Assembly (NCBI RefSeq): GCF_030144855.1
Contig: NC_082731.1
Span: 21,204,001 to 21,268,000 of the forward strand
Length of the DNA stretch: 64,000 bases
Reading direction: 5' to 3'
From: Hypanus sabinus
Taxonomy: Eukaryota
Shown here: positions 60,051 to 64,000 of the stretch, in pieces
How the letters are laid out: each line of letters begins with the position of its first letter
Numbering within the stretch: position 1 is the stretch's first letter
Position numbers and translations under genes: made by a program
Notes under the pieces: generated by a model
What the model was told of the DNA's origin: nothing
Database searches by the model: none
Seen by the model: the letters and a program-made list of their open reading frames with translations, nothing else

Positions 60051-62722
60051 TTCTAATTCCGACTCCCTCTGTTGTTCTCTCTCCTAATTTTCGTTGGTAT
60101 ATGTTTCGCTCCTTCTTGCTCACTCTCTCTCTCTGTCCTCTTCTTTCTCTTTTATTTTCTTATCACAGCTTTCGAACTCGCACATCAATTAATTATTTTC
60201 TGCAATCACACTTTAGGATATAATGAATTAAATGAAGGGGTATCGAGCATTTTTATAATAATCTGAGAGCTCTGCTTAGCTAATTCATCGTTGTATATTT
60301 AAACTTCCGAGAATCCAACGATGAACGCTGTCCAATCGACAGTCACCTGTTTATCCAACAGACTTTGTTGTCGGTTCGAGCCTGCATCCAATGCTTGCCA
60401 ACAAACTGCAAATGGACTTTGAGATCTGCAGCAACATTTATTGTGAAAGCTCGAAAATATAGACACACTGTGCCTCTGTGTTCATAATTCCCACTTCTCC
60501 ATCTTCAAGTACAGTAATTAAAATTAATAAGCAAGCCTATCATCTGCAATGTACTTTCGTAGGCAACATAATTGTGGAAATGTTATGTATAGTCCCAGTT
60601 CAATCCGTTGGGTACGAGATGAATACAACAAGCTTATGCGCTTTTTACTATTGCCGCCCTTTTAATGGAAAATCTGACCATTGTTGTTAACTACGCATGT
60701 CCAGTATTGCCGGTAAACTACCCCTCTCGTGAGCGCTCATTGCATGACCAGGGCAGGAAGTAAGGAAATTCACGGCGTCCGGTTTAATCAGAAACAAAAG
60801 GCAGATAATTTTCAAGAGGTTAATATAACCTAACCACTATTGCAGAAGGATTTACGGTAACCTTCGCAATTAACTCTCTGTGAAGACTGACGTGACGATA
60901 TTCATGAAATATTTTGGAGATTCCCCATGATGTTCAATATACCAAAATGTATCTCCATGAACTTGTATGAACGTGTATCCTAGCAGTATACATTTCCAAT
61001 CTGAATACCAACCTTATCATCAATCTTTTCCTCACTCATTGTACATTTCTTGCATTCTTTATATCGTATGACAACTTGTTAACCCGCAAATTACAATACC
61101 AAGCTCAGATAGTATTATATTCTGTATTCTCCCTTTTGCTATAATATCACTGAGTGTTTTTGAGCCAATTGCTTTCTCCTCTCAGTTCAACTATCACGAT
61201 ATATTCCAAAGAAAGTAATGATTCGAAGTCGTTGGTGCCGTACATAAAGTTGAGAGAGGCTGTTCTTTTCACTGAAGAGCGAGCACTCTCGATAAGGCAC
61301 TCTTCAACTCTTGGAATAGTTGAATCTCTGCCTCAATCGGATGTTCCTTTGCTGGTGCGACGAAATCGGAGAAACAGGGAAAGGGGATGAATGGGTCAGG
61401 AAACTGAGCAGTTTGATCTACAGAGTGGCGGTGAAATTTTACCTGTATTTAACTGTGAAAGGTCCTTAACGCGGAGCGCAGCACTGCCCAGCTCGCTCTG
61501 TCCTTCTCTGTTTCTATCAAATTTTGTTGTCACTGTCCAGAATGAGTGCTACAAAACTAGACAGAGCGTATCTCGGATTTCCGCTTGGTCATCAACCTCA
61601 TATCCTCAAGGAAGTCTAACAACAAGATACACCGAGGAGTGGCGGGGATTTCTGGGAGTGTATTACCATTCTTTCAGAAAAAGTGTCAGACAGTTTTACT
61701 GACTGACGTAAACCGCTCGAACGATTCACTGCTAATGTAATGGCTTCTCTTTAACGTTCACTGTTGGGGTAACGATTTCTCTGTAGTTGCAATGTTTGGG
61801 TTATGGCTGGAGAGAACAGGACTGGGGTATGTATGTTGACCAATCAGGAGATTATTGATCCGTCTTGTGGATCTGGAAGGAGATTTTTCGCGGTCCTTGG
61901 TCGAGAAGAGATAAAGAGGGAAAGCAGTTGTGGAGAAAGCTTGCAGACCACCAGACGGAGTGGAATGATATCATAGGGCCTGACGTCCGGCCACGCTAGG
62001 GCGAGATCGATGGTGGAATAATTGCAAATTAGTGATCTCCAACGTGCACTTTCAAATCTTCCTTGAAATAGTCTCTTTGAATTTTCATTACACAACCTTA
62101 TATTCGGATTAAGATTAATCAATTTCAGTCATTTAATTGCAAATGCTTTACTGTCTCATATTTTGCATTGTGGGTTTGTAACTGGGTGATACATTATACA
62201 GCATCCGCACAAAAGTGATTTCCCAGTTTGCCGGGTCCAGAGGCTGTATTCCTCTAGACGATCATGAGCTGGCCGATCCGGAGGATTACACTCGGAAGAC
62301 GACAACGTTAATCTTATTGATTTTGGTGTTCTGCTTTTCCGGATTTACAGATATGCAAGACCTGGGGTTTGAGCCAGAGGCGTTTTGAAGATGTTTTGCA
62401 ACAAATGAATGCAAAAGCAATGGGAACACCACCGCTCACGATCGACTTTGCCGTCCATACCCTGCCATCAGGGGAGCACATGAGGAAGCAACGAGGTAAC
62501 ACATGCTGGCGTGAGCTCTCCAAGTGTGTCTTTATACTTTGCTTTTTATATCTATAATTCTATATACTTTTTTGCTATGTTATTGTTAAAACCGTATTCC
62601 TATAATCTCTAAAACAATTCTCACTTGCTAGTCGTGCGTGGCAAAGGTATAATTTTAAAAGTAAGAAGGATAGTTTATCGTCAACTGAAGGAACAACCAG
62701 ACCCTCGTGTTTTTTTTTAATG

Positions 62723-63487
62723 ATGGCTGCCGACGCTGGAAAGCGGGGAAGCTTTCCCTCGAAACAGCCATGACGGCTATTCGGGTAAGCAGAGTAGAAC
62801 TATCAACCCAAATCGACACTAGCATGATTAAAATCCAATCCTCCCTAAGTAAAATAGCATCTACGTTATCAAAACTAGCTAAGCAAGTTAAGGAAATGGC
62901 AGGGCGTGTATCTGTCAACGAAGACAACATGATAGAAGTCACCACGCACATCGAGAAATTGGAGAAATAGATGAAATTGTTCAAAGACAAGGTGGACGAA
63001 CTTGAAAACGGGTGTAGGCCGAAGTATATACAGATACTGAAACTCCCTGAGAAAGCTGAAGGTCACGACGCAGCTGGAGTTTTGGAACGAAACTTTTGGT
63101 GTCGGAAACTTTCCTATCCCAATCACCTGCAATAGACCCCACCGCCTGGGAATATTCCCCAGCCGTGATGACGACTCACGGAGACCGAGACCTATAATCG
63201 CAAAGCTCCTCAATTTTAATAAGGAGAAGTTTATGCGCCTGACCAATCAAAAAGTAGTGATCCTCTATAAAAATAATAGGATTTACATATTTCCTGACTA
63301 TAGTTCGAGATTGCAAGGCCTTAAGGACACCTTCAAAGAGGTGAAGAAGACCCTACGGGACAGGGACATTGAATATTCCCTGCACTGTCCAGCTAAACTT
63401 CAGAATATGCATGATGGGATCACCAAGTGGTTTGTTACTCCTGATGCAGTAACGGAAGTTTTGAAAGTTATCGACATTAATGACTGA
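62723..63487 (+). mobile_element. Disrupted L1-clade ORF1 (coiled coil, RRM, CTD)
   Basis: Heptad region, LENGCRPKYIQILKLPEKAEG, RPRPIIAKLLNFNKEK, RIYIFPDY, IEYSLHCPAKL. Internal TAG 62968-62970 and frameshifts. Confidence 0.85.
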
Positions 63488-64000
63488 TAGTCCCCTGGTT
63501 CCATGCACAAACGACAGCTTAGTGTGATGCTGAAGCACTCAATACATTGAGCGACTTTTAGTTAAATTATTATTGAATGTACTGCTGTGACTGATATGAA
63601 TACACGAGTAAGTTTTGCATGTGGATACATTCCCACCTGGCTCTTGTGGAAAGCGTGACTCCCTAATTTTTTATGACGTTTCGTCTCACAATTATGCCTT
63701 CAGGTATTTTTGATTTGCGGTGTTTCTTTTACGAAACAGTTTTATATACTGTAGTCTGCTTTCTGTTCAAGTCGCTTTGCCACGTTTTATGTCCATGCTT
63801 GCACGTCTCGGTTGTTCCCGTTTGAGGCTGCCGTACCTTGCATTCTTAATTATCGCGTTTGACGCTCTCTGTCTTTTTCTGTAACTGTTGAGAACCCTTG
63901 TACTTTTGCAGAATGTAGCCGACTCTCCGGCAGTGTTTTGCCTAGCGGGCGTCAATTAATGGGTATCATACGGGGATATGGGATGGTTCTGTTTCCTAAT

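Noticed and set aside
62290-62390. Signal-peptide-like frame LILLILVFCFSGFTDMQ, suggesting a processed leader-V
   Set aside because: No in-frame ATG, a stop after ~12 more codons, and no V motifs downstream.
1-64000. CRISPR arrays, rRNA, tRNA or prokaryotic systems
   Set aside because: Spliceosomal introns, RSS and vertebrate TEs show this is vertebrate DNA; no repeat-spacer array or RNA-gene signature was seen.

Overview
Eukaryotic (vertebrate) genomic DNA. It is part of the variable-gene array of a T-cell receptor alpha/delta-type locus, most likely from a cartilaginous fish and probably a ray; the taxon is inferred from the CR1, Rex1 and PNMA-like Gypsy repeats. I find five structurally intact V segments, each with leader exon, short GT-AG intron, V exon and 23-bp-spacer RSS. 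Four are on + and belong to one family (1643, 15410, 34513, 47259); one is inverted and from a different family (28447-27972). There is also one open but non-canonical V (656), three clear V pseudogenes (14414, 33439, 46125), and several heavily decayed V relics that the ORF track does not reveal (about 3925, 5785, 36820, 38645, 56740, plus weaker minus-strand candidates). The + family is organised as ~1-kb dead-V/live-V doublets separated by GA microsatellites. These were amplified by an older ~13-kb duplication and a younger ~29-kb tandem duplication (1-26258 vs ~32800-55521) whose breakpoint lies inside a chromoviral Gypsy element. Most remaining sequence is decayed Gypsy LTR, CR1, Rex1, L1 and Penelope-like elements. 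No D, J or C segments, RNA genes or CRISPR arrays were supportable. All alignments were done by eye, so coordinates of decayed features are approximate.
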